In this document: piece by piece, positions 9,472-18,591 of the stretch | How positions within the stretch are numbered: position 1 is the stretch's first letter | Layout: every line of letters starts with the position of its first letter | IMG/VR virus record: IMGVR_UViG_3300048930_000192 | Coordinates: 67,811 to 131,810 of that record | Length of the DNA: 64,000 nt | DNA from: a virus | Reading direction: 5' to 3' (one strand) | Program-made: the position numbers and the translations under genes | Notes under the pieces: model-generated | What the model was told of the DNA's origin: nothing | The model's input: only the letters and a program-made list of their open reading frames with translations | The model's database searches: none

Positions 9472-10566
9472 TTACCCAAAAGTAGTTAACGGTGATATGC
9501 CAATTCTTGTGTTTGGTATGACCAAACCATGAATATCTACGTTCCGGTCACTGGCTGGCCTCAACGAGAAGCATGGTTCTAGATCTGGTCTAAGAGTTAT
9601 AATGTCTCGATGTATTCGTCTGTCAATTACATGCAACGGATTGTCGGTATGAAAATAATCGTCTATTGTTTTTTCGTCTGGCTCACCAAAACAGATCATA
9701 TCTACGTTATTTGGACCAGATTCGCCAAATTGACTATATTCGTGCCCGTACATAGCACAATTCATTAATTCTATAGATTCTGGTGAGCCATCATATATTC
9801 TACGAATCGTTCGTTTTGTGGTTGAATTGAGATATTCGTTTACATCTATTATATATGATATATTCTTAACTAATTTATTATTGTATATCCGTTCGCCTGC
9901 ACTCTTAGATATACCAGACCATTGTCTGAATTCTGGCCCACTCGACCCTGCTTTATGAGATATAAAGTAAGTGTTTAATTTACTTGAGCCACCATAACTG
10001 GTACTTGCAGTATACAATGCTATATCAGCCTTTTCGCCAGTATTTAACGGCAAGCAACAAATTGGCGTAGATTTATACCCCATCGAATCAACATATCGTC
10101 TAAACAAGCCTTTTCTTATAGCACCATTTACTTTACTAACAAATTTAATTTCATGCCTGGCGCACGACACAAACGGAAATCTGGGTAACGGCACTCGATC
10201 AAACATCGGCATTTGTGTGTACAAATTAAAATCTTCAAAATCGTATTCTAACGGTGTGTTTGATGAAGTTAATAAGATGTTACTTTTTATTACATTGCAG
10301 CCGTTAATTTCTATCTTAGAAACTTCATCAACAAACTTAATCGTACATTTGTGTTTACACAATTGCTGCAATTCTTCGATCGGTGTTGTAAAGATATTGT
10401 ATTGTTTATTATCTAATTCAAATACAACTGTAGTAAAACATATTGGGTTATATTTTTTAACTACCCAATATGTTTTACTATTTAATTTATCTTTGACAGC
10501 TTCAATTCTTTCAATCGCACAATTGCCGCTTGAGCCTAGAAATCCCGGTGCATTCAAACCACTCAT
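9472..10566 (-). CDS. Hypothetical protein
   Basis: 364-aa ORF with RBS, no motif recognised. Confidence 0.7.
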   Translation of the reverse strand: MSGLNAPGFLGSSGNCAIERIEAVKDKLNSKTYWVVKKYNPICFTTVVFELDNKQYNIFTTPIEELQQLCKHKCTIKFVDEVSKIEINGCNVIKSNILLTSSNTPLEYDFEDFNLYTQMPMFDRVPLPRFPFVSCARHEIKFVSKVNGAIRKGLFRRYVDSMGYKSTPICCLPLNTGEKADIALYTASTSYGGSSKLNTYFISHKAGSSGPEFRQWSGISKSAGERIYNNKLVKNISYIIDVNEYLNSTTKRTIRRIYDGSPESIELMNCAMYGHEYSQFGESGPNNVDMICFGEPDEKTIDDYFHTDNPLHVIDRRIHRDIITLRPDLEPCFSLRPASDRNVDIHGLVIPNTRIGISPLTTFG

Positions 10567-10586
10567 GATATAATATTCCCTAATAT

Positions 10587-11747
10587 TTAACTAAAATCAA
10601 TTTCGTCGATATTAACGGCATTATCGTATTGCGGATACTGTTTTGCACCAGTGTTAATACTACTCTTAATTAGACCGTTGGCATATTTAATATTTACACG
10701 AGCCAAAATATCTTCAACTGCATCTCTGTCTGCCTGGGTTTCGTGCGGGCTAGCCCAATAAAGCGCCTCTTTGTAGCCACCTATGCAAAGAGCACTAACC
10801 AGTGCCTCAAACGGCTGATATGTATTATACGACGGCATACCGTTGCCACGATATCGTGGCAACGCAATCCACGGCAACTTCTTTGTGCTTACGCTCAACG
10901 AATCTGCAAGATCTAATGCTATTTCAAACCCTACTCTAGACGCACGAGCCAAATCTATATCTGCTGCATTTTTATCTAAAATCACTTTGGCCTGATACGA
11001 TCGTAACGATATACCTCTGGCACCCGAACAGTCTGGATATATTGGCGGCGAATTGTAGCCAAAGTAACTAACACCTGTATATTTGGTGCTAACCCAGTTA
11101 TTGATTTCGGTATGATCACGATACATCTTGCTTACGCCGTAATTAGAAAATACGTTGCCAACATAGTTCTGAGCATAATACGGCTTAGAAATTATTTCGT
11201 ATAAAGATTTGGTGTATCTTAGTTGCGCCCATCTAGAAAAGTTCATGATCCATCTGGCACCACCAGATGCAGCACCATAACTAGTTAATAATACATCTTT
11301 ATCGTATGTGGCCAATAGTTTGCGGTCAAATTTCTTAGTGGCAATAGCTGCGTCAATTTGTGCAAGTCTGGTTGGATTATCTACGCCAATTCTGTACCAG
11401 GTATAACCGCTTTCGTTTTCTAATACAACACGATACGGTTGCACGCCACCAGCGGCGCTATATGCAGCCCAAAATCTTTCGCTATAATTACGCCATGCAA
11501 TCATCGACGGTGTATTGCCGATCAAAAAGTCAGCCAACGACTCAGATGCAAGATTTGGCAAACCAGATGCGGCCTCGCCAAAATGCCGAAGAAACATCAC
11601 GTCACCGTCTTTCATCTGACTGGCTGCTGATTGTGCAGCAGCCTCTGGTGATGCAAATGTAGAAACTTTTATTAATACCATTGGTTTAATAAACTCTGAT
11701 TCTGGATTCTTGCTTTGAACATCATCGGTCCATGAAAATAGCTTCAT
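10587..11747 (-). CDS. Hypothetical protein (late-type promoter upstream)
   Basis: 386-aa ORF, AGGAG RBS, AATAAATA upstream. Confidence 0.75.
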   Translation of the reverse strand: MKLFSWTDDVQSKNPESEFIKPMVLIKVSTFASPEAAAQSAASQMKDGDVMFLRHFGEAASGLPNLASESLADFLIGNTPSMIAWRNYSERFWAAYSAAGGVQPYRVVLENESGYTWYRIGVDNPTRLAQIDAAIATKKFDRKLLATYDKDVLLTSYGAASGGARWIMNFSRWAQLRYTKSLYEIISKPYYAQNYVGNVFSNYGVSKMYRDHTEINNWVSTKYTGVSYFGYNSPPIYPDCSGARGISLRSYQAKVILDKNAADIDLARASRVGFEIALDLADSLSVSTKKLPWIALPRYRGNGMPSYNTYQPFEALVSALCIGGYKEALYWASPHETQADRDAVEDILARVNIKYANGLIKSSINTGAKQYPQYDNAVNIDEIDFS

Positions 11748-11797
11748 ACGATTATATCTCCCTGTTATATGATAACTATTTATTACAACGATAATGT

Positions 11798-12223
11798 TTA
11801 ATCAAACATTCTAATATTAATCAAACATTCTAATATTACTGTATACCAGTGTTGTAAGAAATGATCAAGACCCGATGATATCTGATTCATACTTACATCA
11901 AAGTCAGATGTATAATGGGATTTGTAATAATCACTGAATTCGCCAAGTGTAGACATTAAACCAAGGTCAAATCGATTAAACAGTTTATTGATCAACTCGC
12001 GATGTGTATAATTAAATGTAACATGTCTGAAAAATACAAGTACCTTACCGGGCATTTCTTGAATACTAACATACATTGATATAGTAATAGAACCATCAGT
12101 TTCTATAATTAAACTAACAACCGATGTGGCAATATCAAGATGGCCAGTATCTACAGGCACAATAAAACCATAATTGGGTGTGTCGTCGCCAGATAGTATG
12201 TAAATTTGAGGTACATTAGCCAT
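11798..12223 (-). CDS. Hypothetical protein
   Basis: Last of four overlapping AT-rich ORFs. Confidence 0.6.
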   Translation of the reverse strand: MANVPQIYILSGDDTPNYGFIVPVDTGHLDIATSVVSLIIETDGSITISMYVSIQEMPGKVLVFFRHVTFNYTHRELINKLFNRFDLGLMSTLGEFSDYYKSHYTSDFDVSMNQISSGLDHFLQHWYTVILECLINIRMFD

Positions 12224-12611
12224 TATTGGGTATATCCAGCCAATGATTGGTTATAACAACAAGATTTATGTAACTTGTCACAAATTCGATGTCAGCCATA
12301 TTATGTTTTCTCTTTTTATAATAACTTGCGAATTCCTCAGAAAAATACGAATACATCTGTTGCATTACACTCAAGAAGTTATATTTAAAGATTGGGCCAA
12401 AATGCTTTGTAAAGCAGACCCATGAAAAATCACCATGTTTAAATCTCAATGTTATATGCAAATTGCCATTACTGCATTCTACGTTTTCGACAGTAATGGT
12501 ATAATTCTCAAATACAAAGCAACCACTATTATCAGTCAACCTGCTAATCATAACATTATAATAATGTGTATTATAGTCGGGGTTGGTCTTATATACGTTC
12601 ATGTATACCAC
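12216..12611 (-). CDS. Hypothetical protein
   Basis: Overlapping ORF in the leftward early operon. Confidence 0.6.
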   Translation of the reverse strand: MVYMNVYKTNPDYNTHYYNVMISRLTDNSGCFVFENYTITVENVECSNGNLHITLRFKHGDFSWVCFTKHFGPIFKYNFLSVMQQMYSYFSEEFASYYKKRKHNMADIEFVTSYINLVVITNHWLDIPNNG

Positions 12612-13086
12612 CTGTGCCGATCTTGTTGAGCTGAGTCATATAATATAAGAAAAGGTGAGCACAATAAAATGAAACCTCGTCTATTTCATTAGATGTTAGA
12701 AGACGACCAAAATCTGCAACCACAGATCTACAAATCCTATCATAAACTGATTTATATATATCACTGATAACAGTCAGTATTGGTGCACCGATATCGTATG
12801 TAACACCCAAATCGCAAATACATAAATCATTAATTTGCCGCTGAGGGGGTAGATCATAAGTTTGTAGATGCAAAGTAATATCACACCGTATGTTAGTATT
12901 ACCGATCGCCATACGAAAATGACTAATTGTTATATCTTTATTAAGATTATCAATAGTAGTAGGTAAACCAATAATCTGTTTGTTTGTTTGATGAATGCTG
13001 GTATCACAACTGTTCTTTGTTATTGTAATGTTAGATAATTGATCGATACCGACGCAATAATTGATAAAGTTATCGTTTGGTATCAT
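12589..13086 (-). CDS. Hypothetical protein
   Basis: ATGA-coupled ORF. Confidence 0.6.
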   Translation of the reverse strand: MIPNDNFINYCVGIDQLSNITITKNSCDTSIHQTNKQIIGLPTTIDNLNKDITISHFRMAIGNTNIRCDITLHLQTYDLPPQRQINDLCICDLGVTYDIGAPILTVISDIYKSVYDRICRSVVADFGRLLTSNEIDEVSFYCAHLFLYYMTQLNKIGTGGIHERI

Positions 13087-13559
13087 ATATTATGTTCCAC
13101 TGTTCTAGGAAACTGAACTAAACTTAAGGTAATCAAATAATCAACAAGAAAGCAGACAAGACTGATATTATCAGGTTCTATTACAGATATCTTAGAAAGA
13201 CCACTACTAATTGTATTATTAATCGAATGTAATAACCACATTATGTCGTCGTGTATCGTAAATGAATCATTATAGAGTTCAGTATATTCTTCTTTTGGGG
13301 TTGATGAAGCCTTATTATTGATGACCTTCGCACAAAGATTGATTTTGTAATAATATCTATTGTTGATAGTATTATACCCAGCAATAAACTCTTTAAGTAT
13401 TATTTTAATAGTATATTGGCTATTAGAAAATAATGCAATAACCTCTGATTCTTGCATGGTATTAGTATCTGAGTTTGGTTGATTGGATATGTAAAATTGA
13501 TATCTGATAGTATCTTTAATACATTGTGGTGTAAAGAAGTTATTATTTAATGCAGTCAT
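13083..13559 (-). CDS. Hypothetical protein
   Basis: First ORF after the leftward promoter at 13626. Confidence 0.65.
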   Translation of the reverse strand: MTALNNNFFTPQCIKDTIRYQFYISNQPNSDTNTMQESEVIALFSNSQYTIKIILKEFIAGYNTINNRYYYKINLCAKVINNKASSTPKEEYTELYNDSFTIHDDIMWLLHSINNTISSGLSKISVIEPDNISLVCFLVDYLITLSLVQFPRTVEHNI

Positions 13560-13597
13560 ATATGAAACTCACGATATAAGAACACTAATGTTGACGT

Positions 13598-13626
13598 ATT
13601 ATACACGATTGGTATGATATGATCAA
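13598..13626 (-). promoter_or_regulatory. Leftward sigma70-type early promoter
   Basis: TTGATC-17-TATAAT with CC at positions 15-16. Confidence 0.8.
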
Positions 13627-13697
13627 AAATCTGAGTTTCGGTGCGTAAGATAATAGTCGCCTATAGTAGATCTATAGTGATTACCGTGACCACCGTT

Positions 13698-13910
13698 ATT
13701 TTAACTCTGGATAGTGAAAAATTGTGGCGGCCAAAAGAACGGTAACAGTACCACCACCGTACCACCACCACCGTACCACCACCACCGTACCACCACCACC
13801 GTACCACCACCACCATTTTGACTCTGGATAGTCACCATTTTAACTCTGGATAGTGAAAAATTGTGGCGGCCAAAATATCGTATTTAATCTTCAACGACCC
13901 CCACCACCCC
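13698..13910. repeat. Repeat block at the strand switch (candidate origin or genome end)
   Basis: Two copies of ATTTTAACTCTGGATAGTGAAAAATTGTGGCGGCCAAAA flanking tandem GT(ACC)n units. Confidence 0.85.
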
Positions 13911-13986
13911 TCTTTATATAGTGTCTTTTCGTATCTGAGATACTACAGTTAGTGTGTACTAACAGTCGATTTTTTCACTCCAGTGC

Positions 13987-14014
13987 TTGACTCTACGCGC
14001 GACGCGCATACACT
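13987..14014 (+). promoter_or_regulatory. First rightward early promoter (GG/CC-free)
   Basis: TTGACT-16-TACACT. Confidence 0.7.
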
Positions 14015-14084
14015 CTATGTGTCTACTACGTGTCGCGCAACTTCGTGAGACACGAAAACAATAGTAGACTTGTGAGAATCTGAC

Positions 14085-14749
14085 ATGACTTCTACGCTTC
14101 AGATCGTTGCATCGTCGCACGTCGTTCGTTTTCGTGATCAAGAGCAGCGACTGTTTTCGTACAGTCTGCACGATTCGTCTGTCAGTCTCACGCGCAACGC
14201 GCTTGCGTCGTACGCGCTCGATCGTGAAGACTCTCTCGCGCACGTGCATACGATCGATCGCGACGAATTCGAGCGCGCAAATACGCGCGTGATTCGTGAC
14301 AGTGTGTACGAAAACTACGCGCAGAATCGTCACTCGATCGAGCGCGTACGACGCAAACGTTCGCGCGTGCGACGATCGATTCGTGCTTCACTACGTTCTC
14401 GACTGTCGCGCGCTTCACTGTCAACGTCGATAACGTCAAGCGCGACAAGTGTGTGCGAATCGTGCGAAAAGTTGAATTCGACGAAGCGTACAATGCAAGC
14501 GCAGAGCACGATTTGCAGATCGCGCAAGATTGCAGACTGCAATCGATCGAGATCATGCAAATGATCGAAGATGTGCAGAAATTGCGCGCAAAGATCGCAT
14601 CGTGCATCACTCTCTTTCACAAAATGAAAGAGAGCGCAGACAAAGAGACGCGCGACAAAGCGTTTGCTGCTCTCAACGCTGCGAAAAAGCGCAAGATTCT
14701 GCTCGCAGAGATGCTCGAATCGTTGAATTGCGCAGATCTTTTCGACTAA
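14085..14749 (+). CDS. GG/CC-free early gene, apparently frameshifted (ORFs 14085-14564 and 14453-14749), unknown function
   Basis: Lies between promoter and terminator; no Gly, Pro or Trp; helical C-terminal segment. Confidence 0.65.
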
Positions 14750-14769
14750 GATCGAAAACAGAACAAAAC

Positions 14770-14803
14770 ACGAACGAAGCGCTAACGTGCTTCGTTCGTC
14801 TTT
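14770..14803 (+). terminator. Intrinsic terminator built without GG/CC
   Basis: ACGAACGAAGC-GCTAACGT-GCTTCGTTCGT followed by CTTT. Confidence 0.75.
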
Positions 14804-15033
14804 CTCACAAAGCGCCGATTGCCAGTGCTTGTTGCGCTGGCTTTCGTCGTTTTTCGGTCGGATCATAACATCGCGTTCGCCATTGTATGCATGGTGGTAT
14901 CAAAAGTCAAGTAAAAAATAAAATAATATTATACGGTGGTGGCGGACGCGAGGTTAGTAACGGCTAACTAACAACCATCTGGGATACCGTATGTTAGTGA
15001 ATACTAATGTGTGTCAAAATCAAGTCTACGTGC

Positions 15034-15062
15034 TTGACATTCGCACGTTTACGCGCTATACT
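15034..15062 (+). promoter_or_regulatory. Early promoter (GG/CC-free)
   Basis: TTGACA-17-TATACT inside a 140-bp GG/CC-free stretch. Confidence 0.85.
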
Positions 15063-15141
15063 TATGTGTCACACGAGAGAATATTAGACGTGAGTGTTTC
15101 ACGAAAAGTAAACTCTCAAAACAAGTTTGGAGTATCTGACA

Positions 15142-15723
15142 ATGACGACCGCCAATGCTCTGCCGTTTGCCCCCGTCACCCCCGGGGCGCCCAAGACCGC
15201 CAAGCCCGCTGCCCCGAGTGGCGTGACCTACGGGGACAAGATCAATGCTGCCTTCGCGCTTGAGATTGCCCGCACCGTGGGCTTCGACCCGTTCGACGTC
15301 GCCGCTCGCCCGACCTACTTCACCCGCCCGCAGATGTTCCGCATCGCGCTCGAAAACGGGGCCAAGTGGTTTCTCGACTACTACCGCAAGCAAAAGAGTG
15401 GCAAGGGCCTGGGCAAGCTGATCGCGCAGACGGGGCAAGACTGGTACACCCCCGAATTGTTCAGCGACCCCAAGTTCTACTCCCGCTTTGGCGTCAAGCT
15501 GGGCAAGCCGAATCATGTGAGCAACAAGCACACCAAGAATGGCGTCTGCGTCGACCCGACCCGCCCGTGCCTGCCCAACGGGACCAAATGCTACGACGCC
15601 GTCGTGCTCTGGGAATCGCTTGACCGCGTGCGTGAAAAGATGGGCGAAGTTCACTACCTCGCCATGTGCGACCGCAAGCCGTTCGATGCCGCGACCGACG
15701 AAGAAACCGAAGATTCCGAGTAA
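15142..15723 (+). CDS. Early protein, paralog family A copy 1
   Basis: GGAG RBS; motifs shared with ORFs at 17157 and 42287. Confidence 0.85.
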   Translation: MTTANALPFAPVTPGAPKTAKPAAPSGVTYGDKINAAFALEIARTVGFDPFDVAARPTYFTRPQMFRIALENGAKWFLDYYRKQKSGKGLGKLIAQTGQDWYTPELFSDPKFYSRFGVKLGKPNHVSNKHTKNGVCVDPTRPCLPNGTKCYDAVVLWESLDRVREKMGEVHYLAMCDRKPFDAATDEETEDSE

Positions 15724-15754
15724 ACCCATCGTCACGACAATCTGAGATAGACCC

Positions 15755-15785
15755 AAGGGGCTGGATCAATCCAGCCCCTTGTTTC
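15755..15785 (+). terminator. Intrinsic terminator
   Basis: AAGGGGCTGGAT-CA-ATCCAGCCCCTT followed by GTTT. Confidence 0.8.
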
Positions 15786-15942
15786 GGTACATTATCCCAA
15801 ACATCGCGTCCGGCATTATAGGGGTGTGGTATGATGGTGTCAAGTGCATTAGTGAAAATTAATGTTACCGTATGGCGGACACGAGGTTAGTAAGTACTTA
15901 CTAACAGATATCTGAGATAATAAAATAAAATGCACTATACAC

Positions 15943-15971
15943 TTGACATCGACTAGGTAACATGCTATACT
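15943..15971 (+). promoter_or_regulatory. Early promoter
   Basis: TTGACA-17-TATACT, single GG at positions 14-15. Confidence 0.85.
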
Positions 15972-16010
15972 TATGTGTCGAGTGGATCATCTATCACAAA
16001 GGGGCTCAAA

Positions 16011-16358
16011 ATGAGCAATTGCATCCAGCCGCGTGGCAATTTCTGTCAGGGTGTCATCTTGGATCCTTCCATGTTCACTGGGCTCCTTGCCGTCGAAGAT
16101 GCCGAGGGCAACAAAATCTTCCGATCCACTCGTGATGGCTGGGTCCTCAAGATGGGCAGAATAACCACATGGCGTGGGTTTCGTTGCTTTCTCTGGAACC
16201 ATGTGCAACCGTTCGTCAATCAGCCGCGCGTCAAGATCCCAACCCTGATCGCCGACGAGGCTGATGAGTTTGCCGAGGCATTCACTGCCACCGTGCACCT
16301 ATTTCCACCTGGGACCAAGAGCGCAGACGTGGCTGATTGGACCAAGATTTTCCCCTGA
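16011..16358 (+). CDS. Hypothetical early protein
   Basis: AAGGGG RBS, directly downstream of promoter. Confidence 0.7.
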   Translation: MSNCIQPRGNFCQGVILDPSMFTGLLAVEDAEGNKIFRSTRDGWVLKMGRITTWRGFRCFLWNHVQPFVNQPRVKIPTLIADEADEFAEAFTATVHLFPPGTKSADVADWTKIFP

Positions 16359-16375
16359 CCAGACCAAATGGAGAT

Positions 16376-16612
16376 ATGACCATGACCGATAACCTCAAGA
16401 CCGTCACCCGGAACCTTCTGATGTCTGCCCTCATGTGTGATGAGGGTGTGACCAAAGAAGTGTTCGACCGCCTTCTGGAACTCGCCGAAGAGGTGTTTGG
16501 CACGCCGGGTGCTCATGTGCTCGCGATGTACGTGGATGCCACCGATGATTGTTTCTATGTCGCGGAACACAAGGTGTCTGCCTTCATGATCGACGTGGCT
16601 AATCTGATCTGA
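16376..16612 (+). CDS. Hypothetical early protein
   Basis: GGAG RBS; leader sequence duplicated before 16633. Confidence 0.7.
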   Translation: MTMTDNLKTVTRNLLMSALMCDEGVTKEVFDRLLELAEEVFGTPGAHVLAMYVDATDDCFYVAEHKVSAFMIDVANLI

Positions 16613-16632
16613 TCACCAGACCCAATGGAGAT

Positions 16633-16824
16633 ATGACCATGACCAAGATCATTGTGACCGTGACCGACAACGAGAACCCAGAGTGTGAGCCTGCTACCTA
16701 TGAGGCGCTCGTGGAAACCGGACTTTCTCCTGAAACCCAGGAAATGATCGTTCGTGGGATCCTTTTCGCCCATTCCTGGGCAGATTCTGCTGGCATCGAC
16801 TATACCTGGTCCTACGACGGATAA
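16633..16824 (+). CDS. Hypothetical early protein
   Basis: GGAG RBS, followed by terminator. Confidence 0.7.
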   Translation: MTMTKIIVTVTDNENPECEPATYEALVETGLSPETQEMIVRGILFAHSWADSAGIDYTWSYDG

Positions 16825-16840
16825 CCCGACCTTTCAAATG

Positions 16841-16897
16841 CGCCGATAGAACCGTGAATGGTGTGTTGCCATTCACGGTTCTATCGGCGTGTTTTTA
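16841..16897 (+). terminator. Long-stem terminator
   Basis: CGCCGATAGAACCGTGAATGG / CCATTCACGGTTCTATCGGCG followed by TGTTTTT. Confidence 0.8.
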
Positions 16898-17156
16898 GGC
16901 TCATCCGTAAACCTCGTGTCCGGCATTATAGTATATAGGTAGTGTAAAGTCAAGTATGGTATGTAAAATTGATGTTACCATGATGGCGGACGCGATGTTA
17001 GTACTTACTAACTAACCTGTATCTGAGATAATCACAAAAAGAGCGATATACACTTGACGTCTTCTAGCCTACGCGCTATCATTCACTGTCAACTGCAACT
17101 GTCGCGCGTCGCGTCGATCGCAAGTTGAAAATTACCCACGAAAGGGGTAAAGTATC

Positions 17157-17834
17157 ATGACCGAGAATAACAACGCCGTTGCCACCACTCCTGCCACCGC
17201 CGCCAAGAAGGGCCGCAAGCCCAAGAATGCCGCTGCCTTGCCTGATGTGCCGCCTGCCCCTGTCGCGCCTGGCGCCGCGACGCCCGAGACCCCGATCAGC
17301 AAGCCCGCCAACGTGTCGCGTCGTGACCGTACCAATGCGGGATTCGTGCTCGACCTGTGCATGATCACTGGCACTGACCCGACCGACATCGCCAATCGCC
17401 CGCAGTATATGACCCGCCCGCAGATGGAAGCCGTTGCCATCTCGAATCGTGAGCCGTGGTACGTGAATATGTGGAACAAGCAGAAGACCACCAAGCACCG
17501 CGACAAGACCATCGCCAAGACGCATGCCAACTGGTTCGACGAAGCCATGCTCGTCGATGGCAAGAAGTTCAGCCGATTCGGGATCGTGTGTGGCAAGCCG
17601 GGCCACGTGAGTTATGCCACTGTTCATGCCGGGGTGATGGTCGACCCCAAGGGCCCGACCCTGCCCGACGGGACCAAGCAGTACGACATCACCCAACTCT
17701 GGGATTCTCTCGACCGAGTGATCGCTGCCTACCCCGCGGGGACCTATGCCGAACTGAGCCAGCGCAAGCCCGTTGTCGCTGATGACTCGACCGATGAGTC
17801 TGACACCGAGACCAACGACGAGACCGCCGACTAA
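17157..17834 (+). CDS. Early protein, paralog family A copy 2
   Basis: NAGFVLDL..RPQYMTRPQM..FSRFGI..GKP..GVMVDP..LPDGTKQYD..LWDSLDRV. Confidence 0.85.
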   Translation: MTENNNAVATTPATAAKKGRKPKNAAALPDVPPAPVAPGAATPETPISKPANVSRRDRTNAGFVLDLCMITGTDPTDIANRPQYMTRPQMEAVAISNREPWYVNMWNKQKTTKHRDKTIAKTHANWFDEAMLVDGKKFSRFGIVCGKPGHVSYATVHAGVMVDPKGPTLPDGTKQYDITQLWDSLDRVIAAYPAGTYAELSQRKPVVADDSTDESDTETNDETAD

Positions 17835-17864
17835 ACCCGACAACCCGACATCCTGAATCACCAC

Positions 17865-17893
17865 GAGGGGCTGGATCGATCCAGCCCCTCTTT
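17865..17893 (+). terminator. Intrinsic terminator (near copy of 15755)
   Basis: GAGGGGCTGGAT-CG-ATCCAGCCCCTC followed by TTT. Confidence 0.8.
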
Positions 17894-18102
17894 CGGGTAC
17901 ATATACTAACCTCGTGTCCGGCATTATAGTATATAGGTAGTGTAAAGTCAAGTATGGTATGTAAAATTGATGTTACCATGATGGCGGACACGAGGTCTAT
18001 GGTTACCGATAAAATAATCGTGTGTGTAGACTTGACATCATGTTGCCATAACGCTAGAATAACTGTCGCGCATTGTCTCTCACATACACTGGAGATCGCC
18101 GC

Positions 18103-18324
18103 ATGGGCTACCGTGATCCTCGCCGTTTCGTGATTGCCGTCACCAACGTCAATGGCCGCAAGGACTACTATGCGGGTAGCCGTGATGGCCAACCCACATG
18201 GTCGAATGACCTGATCGACGCCTTCCAGTTTCGTGGCGAAACGGAACTGGATGCTGCAATCCTGCTCGCCAAGAAGCTTGGTGCCAGGGTCTATCAGCGT
18301 GGCGTGATGGTCGAGTGTTGGTAA
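18103..18324 (+). CDS. Hypothetical early protein
   Basis: GGAG RBS after promoter 18032. Confidence 0.7.
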   Translation: MGYRDPRRFVIAVTNVNGRKDYYAGSRDGQPTWSNDLIDAFQFRGETELDAAILLAKKLGARVYQRGVMVECW

Positions 18325-18366
18325 GCAATTTCATCCATCTCACGCAACCACTCAAGGAGTATCATC

Positions 18367-18591
18367 ATGGCTACCGTAAAGTCGGACCTGACCGCCGCCC
18401 GTAGGTACCTGATCGAGGCCTATAAGGCTATCAAAGATGCCAGAACCCACTGTGATGGTGTCGTGGATGTTGAAGGCATCCACTACCATGATATCACCAA
18501 AATCATGGACCAAGTCGATACCGTCGCTCGGATTTGCAAGGTCGAGCTGGATCGTCTGGATAAGGGTATTTTGACGTCCAAGGAATCCTGA
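18367..18591 (+). CDS. Hypothetical early protein
   Basis: AAGGAG RBS. Confidence 0.7.
   Translation: MATVKSDLTAARRYLIEAYKAIKDARTHCDGVVDVEGIHYHDITKIMDQVDTVARICKVELDRLDKGILTSKES

Noticed and set aside
13748-13815. Possible CRISPR array or coding repeat
   Set aside because: Simple (ACC)n microsatellite with no unique spacers and no ORF
13959-18192. Long minus-strand ORFs (13959, 14188, 14330, 15049, 17079, 17689)
   Set aside because: Shadows of GC-rich plus-strand genes; promoters, RBSs and terminators support the plus strand
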